Shown piece by piece: positions 9,655 to 18,671 of a stretch of DNA of 64,000 bases. How positions within the stretch are numbered: position 1 is the first letter of the stretch; each line of letters opens with the position of its first letter. The stretch comes from Gemmatimonadota bacterium (GTDB taxonomy: Bacteria; Gemmatimonadota; Gemmatimonadetes; JACCXV01; JAHWKZ01): positions 291 to 64,290 of the forward strand of contig DASRVA010000090.1 in NCBI GenBank assembly GCA_035687745.1, given 5' to 3'. Position numbers and translations under genes: made by a program. The notes beneath the pieces were generated by a model. That model was not told where the DNA came from, did no database searches, and saw nothing but the letters and a program-made list of their open reading frames with translations.

Positions 9655-9888
9655 ATGGGTGTCCACAAGGTGATCGAGGTTCTGTCGCAGTCCCCCAAGA
9701 GCTGGGAGGACGCGACCCAGAAGGCGGTGGCCGAGGCGGCCGAGACCGTCGACGACATCAAGTCCGCATACGTGAAGGAGATGCTCGCGGTCGTCGAGAA
9801 CAATAAAGTGACCCAGTATCGGGTGAACCTGAAGGTGACGTTCGAGGTCGCCACCAACCGACCCAAGGGCGCCAGGAAGGCGCGCTAG
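9655..9888 (+). CDS. dodecin-family small flavin-binding protein
   Basis: 77 aa, KVIEVLSQSPKSWEDA...YRVNLKVTFEV pattern typical of dodecins; GAGGAAA RBS. Confidence 0.65.
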   Translation: MGVHKVIEVLSQSPKSWEDATQKAVAEAAETVDDIKSAYVKEMLAVVENNKVTQYRVNLKVTFEVATNRPKGARKAR

Positions 9889-10793
9889 CTCTCTTCCCAG
9901 GCCCGCCGGAGGAAGCCCCCGGCCGCGTCGAGGAGCCGCTCGGCCTCGGCGCGGTCGACCCTCCGCCTGCCCATCACGAGCGCCGTCTTGACCCTACCTC
10001 CGGCCGCGTTCAGGAGCCGCTCCGCCTCGGCTTCGGGCACTCCCAACAGGTCGCGCACGATCCGCCGCCCCCGGTCGGCCAGCTTCTCCGAGCCGATCCG
10101 GAGGTCCACCATCAGGTTGCCGTAGGTCTTCCCGATCCGGACCATGGCCGTGGTCGTCAGCATGTTGAGGATGAGCTTGGTCGCCGTCCCGGCTTTCATG
10201 CGCGTCGAGCCGGCGATGACCTCGGGACCGGTGAGCGGGCCGATCACCAGCTCCACCTCGCCGGCGACCTCGATGTCCTGGCGTGGCACGCATGCGAGAA
10301 GGACGGTCCGCGCGCCCCGTTCGCGAGCTTCGCGCAGCGCCCCGATCGCGTACGGCGTCGTCGAGCCGGCGGCGATCCCGACCACGACGTCGCGCGGCCC
10401 GACGGCGAGACCGGTCATGGCCGCGGCGCCTTCGTCCGGACGATCCTCCGCCCCCTCCCGGGATCGCGTCAGGGCCTCGGTTCCCCCGGCCAGCACCCCG
10501 ACCACCATGTCGGGGTCCGAGCCGAAGGTGGGCGGGCACTCGGCGGCGTCCAGGACCCCGAGCCGGCCGCTTGTCCCGGCCCCCACATAGATCAGGCGCC
10601 CGCCCCCGCGGAACGCGGCCTCGACCATTTTCGCGGCCAGCTCGATGTCGTCCAGGACCTCGCCCACGGCCTCGAACGCACGCCGGTCCTCGGCATGGAT
10701 CAGCTCCAGGATGGCGCGGGTCTCGAGGGTGTCGAGCTCGGTCGTGCGGGGATTGACGGCCTCGGTCAGGAGACGGGACCGATCCCGCTTCAC
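9885..10793 (-). CDS. murQ: N-acetylmuramic acid 6-phosphate etherase
   Basis: SIS-domain motif VGAGTSGRLGVLDAAECPPTFG. GTG at 10793 overlaps the upstream lipoprotein stop (GTGA). The N-terminal 117 aa of the track ORF is read-through. Confidence 0.8.
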   Translation of the reverse strand: MKRDRSRLLTEAVNPRTTELDTLETRAILELIHAEDRRAFEAVGEVLDDIELAAKMVEAAFRGGGRLIYVGAGTSGRLGVLDAAECPPTFGSDPDMVVGVLAGGTEALTRSREGAEDRPDEGAAAMTGLAVGPRDVVVGIAAGSTTPYAIGALREARERGARTVLLACVPRQDIEVAGEVELVIGPLTGPEVIAGSTRMKAGTATKLILNMLTTTAMVRIGKTYGNLMVDLRIGSEKLADRGRRIVRDLLGVPEAEAERLLNAAGGRVKTALVMGRRRVDRAEAERLLDAAGGFLRRAWEES

Positions 10794-11188
10794 GGGAAGT
10801 CGAGGACCTCGACGGAGAAAGTCCGCTGGACCGAAAGGGCGAGCGCGCTCGACTCGGTGACGGTGACCCGGAAGTCGGGGTCGCGTCGCGGGACGGCGCG
10901 GAAGCTGACCACGCGGTCGCCGCCGTCCAGCTGGCGCATCCCCTCGAGGAGGAACGCCTCGCCCCGGTTCGCCTTCTCGAGCTGTACCTCGAGCGGGAAC
11001 TCCACCCCGCGGGCCCGCGTGATCGTGACCTGGATGTCGATCGCCGACTTGGTCTCGATCTCGGCCGGGGCCTGGATGGTGAAGTCCAGCAGGGGCGGCC
11101 CGTCTATGCCGGCGGGACCGCCATCGTCGGCGCAGCCGATCCACGCGGCGGTCGCGCCGACCATCAGCAGAACCGAAAGACCTCTCAT
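10790..11188 (-). CDS. small lipoprotein, function unknown
   Basis: Signal peptide with lipobox IGC; ATG 11188 overlaps the cbs stop (ATGA). Confidence 0.5.
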   Translation of the reverse strand: MRGLSVLLMVGATAAWIGCADDGGPAGIDGPPLLDFTIQAPAEIETKSAIDIQVTITRARGVEFPLEVQLEKANRGEAFLLEGMRQLDGGDRVVSFRAVPRRDPDFRVTVTESSALALSVQRTFSVEVLDFP

Positions 11189-12609
11189 CGCTGGCCTCCG
11201 TTGGTCAGGTAGCTGAGCACGTCGAACTTGGTGAGGATCCCCACGAAGTGGCGCCCTCTCCGAACGAGCAGGGCGCTGTCTCCGCCCGTCAGGTGGCCGA
11301 TCACGTCCTTCATGCTGTCGCCTTCGTCGATGGTCGGGAAGGGCCGCTCCAGGTAGCTGTCGAGGGGCTGCTCCAGCGCGCCCGGGTCGGCCAGCACGCG
11401 GTTCAGCAGCGTCCCCTCGGAGAGGCTCCCCTTCTGCTCGTCCTCCTCGATGACCGGGAGCTGGCTCACGTTGTACTTCTCCATCAGGTCGAGGGCCTCG
11501 CGGACCTTGGCGTCGGCGCGGATCATGATGAGGGGGGGGATGTCAGCCCGCGCCTTCCGCTCGAGGAGATAGGCGACCTCGATCCGCTCGTCCTCGAGCA
11601 TCCGGTTTTCCCGCATCCATTCGTCGGAGTGGAATTTCGAGAGATACCGCTCACCGATATCGCAGAGCATCGCCACGACCGGCCGCTCCGGATCGTCGAT
11701 CTCGCGCGCCACCTGGAGCGCCACTGTGACGATCGTGCCTGAGGAGCCGCCGACGAACAGGCCTTCCTCGCGCGTCAGCCGCCGCGCCATCTGGAACGAC
11801 TGCTTGTCGCTCACGCACCGCACCTCGTCGATGTACTCGATGTCGAGGGTCCCCGGGACCTTGTCCATGCCGATTCCCTCGACCATGTAGGTCTTCCCTT
11901 CGCCGACCTCCCCCGTCTCCTTGTACCGCTTCAGGATCGACCCGTCGGGATCGGCCACGACCGTTCGAATCTCGGGATTTCGTTCCTTCAGGTACCGGCC
12001 CACTCCGCTCATCGTGCCGCCGGTCCCAGAGCCGGTCACGAAGGCGGCGATCCGCCCGCGTGTCTGGTCCCAGATCTCGGGCCCGGTGAGCCGGAAGTGC
12101 GCCTCCGTGTTGGCCCGGTTGTAGAACTGGTTGGCGAAGACCGCGTTCGGAATGTCCTCGGCGATCTTGCGGGCGGTGTTCAGGTAGTAGTCGGGGTGGT
12201 CCGGGGAAACGGCGGTTGGCGTGATCACGATCCGGGCACCGAACGCCTTCAGGAGCCGTTGCTTCTCCAAGCTCATCTTGTCGGGCATCACGAAGACGCA
12301 GCGGTAACCCTTGTTGACGGCCGCCATCGCCAGCGCCAGTCCCGTGTTTCCGGCGGTCGCTTCCACGACCGTCCCGCCGTGCCTGAGGGTGCCCGCCTCC
12401 TCCGCCGCCTCGATGATCGCCAGGCCGATCCGGTCCTTGATGCTCCCGCCCGGGCTCAGGTACTCGGCCTTGCCGTAGACGGGTGTCCGGATCCCCCGGG
12501 TTACACGCCGGAGCCGGATCAGCGGGGTCTGATTGAGCGCCTCGAGGACGTTCTCGTAGACACGACGGGCAGGGTCGTGCAGGTCGGGCGGCATGACAAT
12601 GGGCAACAT
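11185..12609 (-). CDS. cystathionine beta-synthase-type PLP enzyme with tandem C-terminal CBS (Bateman) domains
   Basis: PLP lysine motif GGSIKDRIG, TAGNTGLALA, GSGTGGTMSG; C-terminal CBS pair. Confidence 0.8.
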   Translation of the reverse strand: MLPIVMPPDLHDPARRVYENVLEALNQTPLIRLRRVTRGIRTPVYGKAEYLSPGGSIKDRIGLAIIEAAEEAGTLRHGGTVVEATAGNTGLALAMAAVNKGYRCVFVMPDKMSLEKQRLLKAFGARIVITPTAVSPDHPDYYLNTARKIAEDIPNAVFANQFYNRANTEAHFRLTGPEIWDQTRGRIAAFVTGSGTGGTMSGVGRYLKERNPEIRTVVADPDGSILKRYKETGEVGEGKTYMVEGIGMDKVPGTLDIEYIDEVRCVSDKQSFQMARRLTREEGLFVGGSSGTIVTVALQVAREIDDPERPVVAMLCDIGERYLSKFHSDEWMRENRMLEDERIEVAYLLERKARADIPPLIMIRADAKVREALDLMEKYNVSQLPVIEEDEQKGSLSEGTLLNRVLADPGALEQPLDSYLERPFPTIDEGDSMKDVIGHLTGGDSALLVRRGRHFVGILTKFDVLSYLTNGGQR

Positions 12610-12673
12610 AGATTGCGGTCAGAAGCCGAGCAAGCGCAAGAGAAACGACTAAATTGCGCCTTTGCTTCTCGTT

Positions 12674-13606
12674 TCACGGGCGGCCAGCCCGCGCCTCAAC
12701 CACATAACCCAGCACGTTCGCGATCTGGGCCAGGGCCAGCAGGGCGGACAACGAGGGCGCGCGTAGGCCGGCCCCGCGCCTCACGGGGTGCGCCAGCAGC
12801 CCGGCATAAAAGCGCAGCGGCTCGGGCCTCACGGGAGCCTCCCCCCTCTCCGCCCGCCGGGCGTGGTAGCCATGCGCTCCACGCCCGTAGCCGAAGTGCT
12901 GCCGCCAGAAGTGGACCCAATCCAGCGCGTGTGAGTGTCGAACCACGGCATCGGGCACGTACCACATTCCGTGCCCGGCCCCATGCCAGCGATCGCAGAG
13001 ATCCCTGTCCTCGGCCGCAGCGCGTGGAAAGGACGCATGGAACCCGCCCACCTGCAAAAACAGCTCGGTCGGCATTGCCATGTTGTTCGAGGTGAGAAAG
13101 CGCGCGCCTTGCTCAGAGGAATTGTAGTACTCGTAGAGATAGGACACGAGCTGCTGGCTCGCCTCGGAGAACAAATTCGTCGAGAGAGCGTTCACGGTCC
13201 TCCCGCCCAGCATCGCACGCGGCGAGCGCTCGAACCTCGCCGCCAGTTCGAGCAGCCAGCGCTGCTCGGGAGCGCAGTCGTCATCCGTAAAAACCACATA
13301 CTCATGACGAGCGTGCGCGACGCCGGCGTTCCGAGCCGCGGCGGGGCCTGCAGCCTCCTGCTCGACAAGCTGGACATCGATGCGTCCGCGAAAGCGCTCC
13401 ACAACCGGCCGGGGCGACTCGGCGCTTCCGTCATCGACGATCACCACGTGCATTCGATGTCGGGGATACACGATGCCGGTCAATGCGTCGAGACACGCCG
13501 TCAGTTGGCGGGGTCGGTCCCGCGTCGGCACGACGATCGTCATTCCAGGAACGGCGCTCCCAGCCGACCCGACCGGATCAGAGGATTGGGGACCGTGAGA
13601 GTCCAT
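12674..13606 (-). CDS. family-2 glycosyltransferase
   Basis: MTIVVPTRDRP...VVIVDDGS...DDDC motifs. Alternative start ATG 13543 (MTIVVPT). Confidence 0.7.
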   Translation of the reverse strand: MDSHGPQSSDPVGSAGSAVPGMTIVVPTRDRPRQLTACLDALTGIVYPRHRMHVVIVDDGSAESPRPVVERFRGRIDVQLVEQEAAGPAAARNAGVAHARHEYVVFTDDDCAPEQRWLLELAARFERSPRAMLGGRTVNALSTNLFSEASQQLVSYLYEYYNSSEQGARFLTSNNMAMPTELFLQVGGFHASFPRAAAEDRDLCDRWHGAGHGMWYVPDAVVRHSHALDWVHFWRQHFGYGRGAHGYHARRAERGEAPVRPEPLRFYAGLLAHPVRRGAGLRAPSLSALLALAQIANVLGYVVEARAGRP

Positions 13607-13609
13607 CGA

Positions 13610-14740
13610 TCAGGCCACCGGCTCGGCGGCCGGCCCGACGAGGAGCGACTTCCGCGTTCGCGCCGATTCGACGGCGGCCTCCGCCAATTCGAGCGCACGG
13701 AGTCCATCCGCGAGGGAGGGCAGCTGCTCGGGTGAACCTCGAACCGCTCGCACGAAAGCCCCGAGGGCGAGTCGATACGAGGGTTCGCCCGCTGGGCGGC
13801 TGGCTTCGCGTGCGGCGTCCCATGCCAGTCGGGCTCCCCGTTCGATGGCGCTCCGCCGGTCGTGTCTGAAATGCCGCTCCACGTACTGCACACGGCCGGC
13901 GAGACGATCCAATGACAGGATCCCTCGTTCTCCGATGATCTCGAATCGGTCGACCTCGGGGCCGCCGAGGACGAACAGGCAATCGGCGATCGATTCATCG
14001 GTCAAGGCGAGCGTAACGAATGCGGTGTCCCCTTCGGCGAGACGCGATGAGAGGGTCGTGGTCACTTCCCTCACTTCCTCCCCGGTGACATGGCGGATCA
14101 GGTCGAGATGATGGGAGCCCAGCTCGACCAGCGCCCCGCCCCCGCGCGATGGCGACGATCGCCACTCCCGGCGATCGTCTTCCGGAGATGAAAACAGGGT
14201 CCGAATCGCGATCCTGGCGCCGACCTCTCCCGCCTCGAACCGTCGCGCGAGCTCGCCGATCCCCGGGTGGAAACGGTAGTTGAACCCCATTGCCGCGATC
14301 CGCGTCGAAGCACTCCAGGCCTCGGCCATGGCCCGGGCCTCGGTCGTCCGGGTCGCGATCGGCTTCTCGAGGTAGAGATGGGTTCCGCAGGAGAGCGCTC
14401 GAAGCGCGGCCTCAACGTGGTGCTCCGGAGGCGTGCACACGACCAGCGCATCGGGCATCCCCGAACCGAGGAGATCCTCGAGCGACTCGAACACCGGCGT
14501 GTCCGCCCACCGGGCCTGCACCAACCTCCGGCGCTTCGCGTCCGGGTCTACCACGCCCTCGATGACGACTCCTGGAAGCTGTCTCAGGTTGGGAAGGTGA
14601 ACGTGTTCGGCGATCCGCCCGGCTCCGAGCACGGCGATCCTGACCACGCTCGCTGGGAACAAGGGTCCGGACGCACGGGATCGGGCGAGTCGCCCGATAA
14701 AGAAGTGCCGCGAGCGGGTGGTTGGCGTCACACCGACCAC
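13610..14740 (-). CDS. Gfo/Idh/MocA-family NAD(P)-dependent oxidoreductase
   Basis: Rossmann RIAVLGAGRIAEHVHLP and EKP motif. GTG at 14647 is a plausible shorter start. Confidence 0.7.
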   Translation of the reverse strand: MVGVTPTTRSRHFFIGRLARSRASGPLFPASVVRIAVLGAGRIAEHVHLPNLRQLPGVVIEGVVDPDAKRRRLVQARWADTPVFESLEDLLGSGMPDALVVCTPPEHHVEAALRALSCGTHLYLEKPIATRTTEARAMAEAWSASTRIAAMGFNYRFHPGIGELARRFEAGEVGARIAIRTLFSSPEDDRREWRSSPSRGGGALVELGSHHLDLIRHVTGEEVREVTTTLSSRLAEGDTAFVTLALTDESIADCLFVLGGPEVDRFEIIGERGILSLDRLAGRVQYVERHFRHDRRSAIERGARLAWDAAREASRPAGEPSYRLALGAFVRAVRGSPEQLPSLADGLRALELAEAAVESARTRKSLLVGPAAEPVA

Positions 14741-15588
14741 CCCTTCAACGACAGGCCCGTGAAGGCCCGGAGCTGCGCGACGTCGTCACGGAACTGGTCC
14801 GCGAGCCATTCGCGCGCCGGGTCGCTCAGACGGGGCCTTGGAATCGCGCGTGAGAACGGCAGGAACATGAGACGCTTCGCACCCCAGCCCCAGGGTCGAG
14901 GAAGACGATCGAGTCGACCCTCGAGCCCCGTCGAGGCCAGGCGCTCCCCCAGCGGGGTCTTCTTGCGAAGGAAGGACGATCGATGTCGCTCCAATCGATA
15001 CAGTGGAGAGCTGAACTCGGGATCCACGCCGATGAACCGGAAGATCCGTTGCATGGCTTCGCTTCGCCGATGACGCAGATCGTCGCTGTCCACGACGAGG
15101 ATCCGATCCGCGGGGTAATACTCAAGAAAGGCACATAGCTGTCGCCAGTACTGGCTACGCCCCACATAGATGATGTTGCGGATCGCTTCGTCGATCGGCG
15201 GGATCTCGCCATCTTCGCTGTAGAGGTGGACCCAGTGCGAGATCACGCGCTCGATGGGATCCCGGACCAGGTAGATGAGCCTGGCGTCGGGGATCACCGA
15301 ATGCATCCGCTCCGGCACGCCTGGGAAACGGTCGCGCGCCGTGTAGTTGGGAGAAGCCTCGCCGCGGACCCTGGTGTCGCGAAACTGCGACGCGTACCAC
15401 TCCGCGCCTCGCCGCCACTGCCTGTCCTCGATGAAGAAATCGAGCTCTTTCTCCGCGGACATGGATATCTGGGGATGCCGGCGAAGATAGGAATGGAGGC
15501 TCGACGTGCCGCACTTCATACCACCGATCACGACCAGGTTGGGGAGAAATCCCTTCTTTCGCGACACCGGGGGCACCTCGAGGCTCAC
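14728..15588 (-). CDS. sulfotransferase-family protein
   Basis: PAPS-binding 5'PSB-like PNLVVIGGMKCGTSSL and 3'PB-like RLIYLVRDPIERVIS. GTG start overlaps the GT4 stop (GTGA). Confidence 0.7.
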   Translation of the reverse strand: MSLEVPPVSRKKGFLPNLVVIGGMKCGTSSLHSYLRRHPQISMSAEKELDFFIEDRQWRRGAEWYASQFRDTRVRGEASPNYTARDRFPGVPERMHSVIPDARLIYLVRDPIERVISHWVHLYSEDGEIPPIDEAIRNIIYVGRSQYWRQLCAFLEYYPADRILVVDSDDLRHRRSEAMQRIFRFIGVDPEFSSPLYRLERHRSSFLRKKTPLGERLASTGLEGRLDRLPRPWGWGAKRLMFLPFSRAIPRPRLSDPAREWLADQFRDDVAQLRAFTGLSLKGWSV

Positions 15589-16769
15589 GCCCCGGCAAGC
15601 CGGCGGTAGATCCCGATCATCCGCTCCACGAACGGACCCAGCGCATACCGCTCCCGGGCCTTTACCTCTCCGGCCCGGGCCAGCCGGCGCCTCAACTCCC
15701 TGTTTTCCAGGAGCGCCAGCAGCGCCTCGGCGAGAGCCTCCGGATCACCGGGTGGCACGAGCATTCCGGTGCGGTCCTGCTCGACCACCTCGCCAAGTCC
15801 ACCGATATCGCTGGCCACCACAGGGGTTCCCCGCATCATCGCCTCGGCGGCCACGAGCCCGAAGGGCTCTTCCCACAGGGACGGCACGACCTGGACGGCG
15901 ACGGTCGCGAGCCGGCGGTCGACCTCCTCTCGCGGGAGCCAGCCCGTGATCTCCACACGCTCAGCCAGCTTTGACGCCTTGATCCGGCGTTCGATGGTGG
16001 GTCTTTCCGGACCGTCTCCAACAAGAACCAGGCGCGCTCGCGGCTGGCGCCTGACGACGATCTGGAACGCGTCCAACAGCACCCGCACGCCCTTCTCGGC
16101 CACAAATCGTCCCGCGAAACCGATTGCATGAGGCTCGATCTCGTTCTCCGCGGCCACCCAGGCAGGTCTCGGCACCGCATTCGGAACCACTTCGACCGGG
16201 GAGATGCCGGCACGTTCCACGAGCACCTTCAGCCGGTTCGATGGAGCGACGAACGCATCGAAGACGTCCCGGCCGCGCTCTAGAAGCGATCGCTGGAGCA
16301 TGAGCGGCAGCCAGTCGTGAACTCCGAGGCAGCGATTCCTCAGGCACGCGATCCCCCATGGAACCTCGCACGGCCTTCCGTCCGGCAACCGCTTGGTCCC
16401 GAGCGGGCAGATGGCTCGAAACCACTGGACATGGTGCAGCGCCGGCACGTCTCGGAGGGGCTCGAGGATCGACGGAGAAAGCTGGGTCAGGAAGAGGGCG
16501 ACGTGGACCACGTCCGGCCGGAACTCGCGGATCGCGTGCCGCATCGCTCGTCGGGCGGAAGGATTCAAGGCCTGGAGCGGAGTTCGCATGGCCGTGAGGG
16601 TTCCGGCACACGCGTAATCGGCGTTCCATGGGGCTCCCTCAGGGCGCGCACGGCTCGCCAGCAGCCGCGCATCATGACCCCTCGCTCGCAGCAGGCTGCG
16701 GAGGTTCTGGATGAGGATCTCGGCGCCCCCCGTCGCCGAGGCGTAGTCGTTCACCAGCAAGACCCGCAA
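15585..16769 (-). CDS. family-4 (GT-B) glycosyltransferase
   Basis: EEPFGLVAAEAMMRGTPVVASDIGG (EX7E-type motif), 394 aa. Confidence 0.75.
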   Translation of the reverse strand: MRVLLVNDYASATGGAEILIQNLRSLLRARGHDARLLASRARPEGAPWNADYACAGTLTAMRTPLQALNPSARRAMRHAIREFRPDVVHVALFLTQLSPSILEPLRDVPALHHVQWFRAICPLGTKRLPDGRPCEVPWGIACLRNRCLGVHDWLPLMLQRSLLERGRDVFDAFVAPSNRLKVLVERAGISPVEVVPNAVPRPAWVAAENEIEPHAIGFAGRFVAEKGVRVLLDAFQIVVRRQPRARLVLVGDGPERPTIERRIKASKLAERVEITGWLPREEVDRRLATVAVQVVPSLWEEPFGLVAAEAMMRGTPVVASDIGGLGEVVEQDRTGMLVPPGDPEALAEALLALLENRELRRRLARAGEVKARERYALGPFVERMIGIYRRLAGA

Positions 16770-16773
16770 CCGT

Positions 16774-17730
16774 CTACCTGCCGGCCCGAGCGGTCCCAGG
16801 CGGCGTTGTATCGCCGAAGCCCGCCCTCAGCCGGCGGACCAGGCCGCCGGGCTGCCGGAGCTGTCGCTTCCAGAGATCCGCCCGGCTCCACAACCAGGCG
16901 TAACGCGGATCCTCCAGCGCGATGTCGAGGTCCCATTTCTGGTGGAAATGCCGGAGGGAGCGTTCGATCCACGGTCGACTCCACCGTAGCTGGTAGTGCC
17001 TGCGATCCGATGGCAGGATGGGGGGCGGCGGAAGGTAGCTGACCCATGCCGATGGCTCGAGGTAGATGCCCCCGCCCGCGGCCCGAACCCCGAGACAGAG
17101 GTCGTCCTGATCACGGATGCTCAGCAGCTCCTCGTCCAGGAGGCCGATCGTGTCGAAGACCTCCCGCCTTGCGAGCAGGCAATGGAACTCGAGGAGCTCC
17201 GTCGGCGAGCGCTCGAGAGGCGCGTCGAGCTCCGACAGCCGACGGCCTCCCAGCCGATCGCTCTCGTGCAGGCGGCGTTTCCCGTCTTCACCCACGATCC
17301 TGGATTCGCCGCCCGCCATATGGATCCGTCCCTCTGCCGGAGGCCCCTGGAGATACAGCGGTCCGACCAGCCACGCCTTCGTCTCGTCCGCGCACCGCAC
17401 GAGCGCCTCGAGCGCGCCGGGTCCAACCACGACGTCGTTGTCCAGGAACACGACGTACGGCGTCTGCGCCCGCCTCAGCCCGAGGTTTCTGGCCTGGTTG
17501 GAGGCCAGGCCGGGCGCAGCGTCGATCAGCTCGAGGCGGCCCGCCGCCGCGTCGCGTCGCAGGCGGTCGCGGAACCGTCGGGGGGATCCCGAATCCACGT
17601 AGATCAGGTCGAACGGCTCGGCCGCCGACTCGAGCAGGCTGTCGAGCGAGCGCCTGGCCGCGCTGAATCGCTCACGGACGACGACGATCACCGTGAGGCG
17701 ATTCACAACAGGCCCTCGCTTCGATACCAA
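16774..17730 (-). CDS. family-2-like glycosyltransferase
   Basis: LTVIVVVRERF...YVDSGS...VVFLDNDV pattern of a GT-A fold. Confidence 0.6.
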   Translation of the reverse strand: MVSKRGPVVNRLTVIVVVRERFSAARRSLDSLLESAAEPFDLIYVDSGSPRRFRDRLRRDAAAGRLELIDAAPGLASNQARNLGLRRAQTPYVVFLDNDVVVGPGALEALVRCADETKAWLVGPLYLQGPPAEGRIHMAGGESRIVGEDGKRRLHESDRLGGRRLSELDAPLERSPTELLEFHCLLARREVFDTIGLLDEELLSIRDQDDLCLGVRAAGGGIYLEPSAWVSYLPPPPILPSDRRHYQLRWSRPWIERSLRHFHQKWDLDIALEDPRYAWLWSRADLWKRQLRQPGGLVRRLRAGFGDTTPPGTARAGR

Positions 17731-18671
17731 TCCGCGGCCTGACGGATGGCCTCGTCGAGGGATCCGGTCGGATCATAGCCCAGCTCTCGACGAGCCTTGC
17801 TGAAATCGATCTCGTAGCTCGTGAAGAACAACTCGTACGATGATGGCCCGACCGGCCTGCCGAGGACGCGATCGACGGTCTGCCGAACCGCCTGGGCTGC
17901 GCGATACGGCGTGGCCGGCAGCCGCACGCGTGAGAGGGTCACGCCGAGGGCCGAACCGATCGATTCGAGGAAGTCCCGCAGTCGGACGACCTCCAGTCCG
18001 CCGATGACGAAGGTTTCGCCCTCGCTCCCGGGAGCTCGCGCCGCGAGAGCGAAGGCCTGGGCCACGTCCTCGACGGGGCACGGATGGATGCGGTTCCGTC
18101 CGGACCCCATCATTCGAAACCCTCCCCTCCCGATCGCCCGGTACAGCCCCAGCCAGCTTCGGGCGCGAGATCCGATCACGCTCGGCACACGCAGGACGAT
18201 CAGGCGCAGCGACCCGGATGCCGCGAGGGCCGCCAGCCGACGCTCCGCCTCGACTTTGCTCCGCCGATAGAACGTGTTGGGAGCCAGAGGCGTCTCTTCG
18301 TCGATGGTTCCACGAACCGCTCCGTGCACGCCGCGGCTGCTGGCATAGACCAAGCGCGCTCCCTCGCGCGCCGCCGCCAGCGCTAGATGCTCCGTGCCCT
18401 CGACATCGCTGGCACGACGTCCCGAGTGGCCCACACCCCCGGCGCCCCGGGCGGCTGCCAGGTGGAAGACGACGTCGCAGCCGCTCACCGCGGGCCCGAT
18501 CGACTCTCGATCCTCGAGGTCTCCCGTGAACTTCCGGACACCCAGCCTTTCGAGATGTGTCGTGTCGCTGCCGGAACGCACGAGCGCGCGGACATCGGCG
18601 CCGTCCTTCACGAGTCGGTCGGTCAGATGACTTCCGATGAACCCGCTCGCTCCGACGACGAGCGCTCTCAC
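17703..18671 (-). CDS. NAD-dependent epimerase/dehydratase (SDR-extended)
   Basis: VVGASGFIGSHL Rossmann and YRRSK catalytic motif. Confidence 0.75.
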   Translation of the reverse strand: MRALVVGASGFIGSHLTDRLVKDGADVRALVRSGSDTTHLERLGVRKFTGDLEDRESIGPAVSGCDVVFHLAAARGAGGVGHSGRRASDVEGTEHLALAAAREGARLVYASSRGVHGAVRGTIDEETPLAPNTFYRRSKVEAERRLAALAASGSLRLIVLRVPSVIGSRARSWLGLYRAIGRGGFRMMGSGRNRIHPCPVEDVAQAFALAARAPGSEGETFVIGGLEVVRLRDFLESIGSALGVTLSRVRLPATPYRAAQAVRQTVDRVLGRPVGPSSYELFFTSYEIDFSKARRELGYDPTGSLDEAIRQAADWYRSEGLL

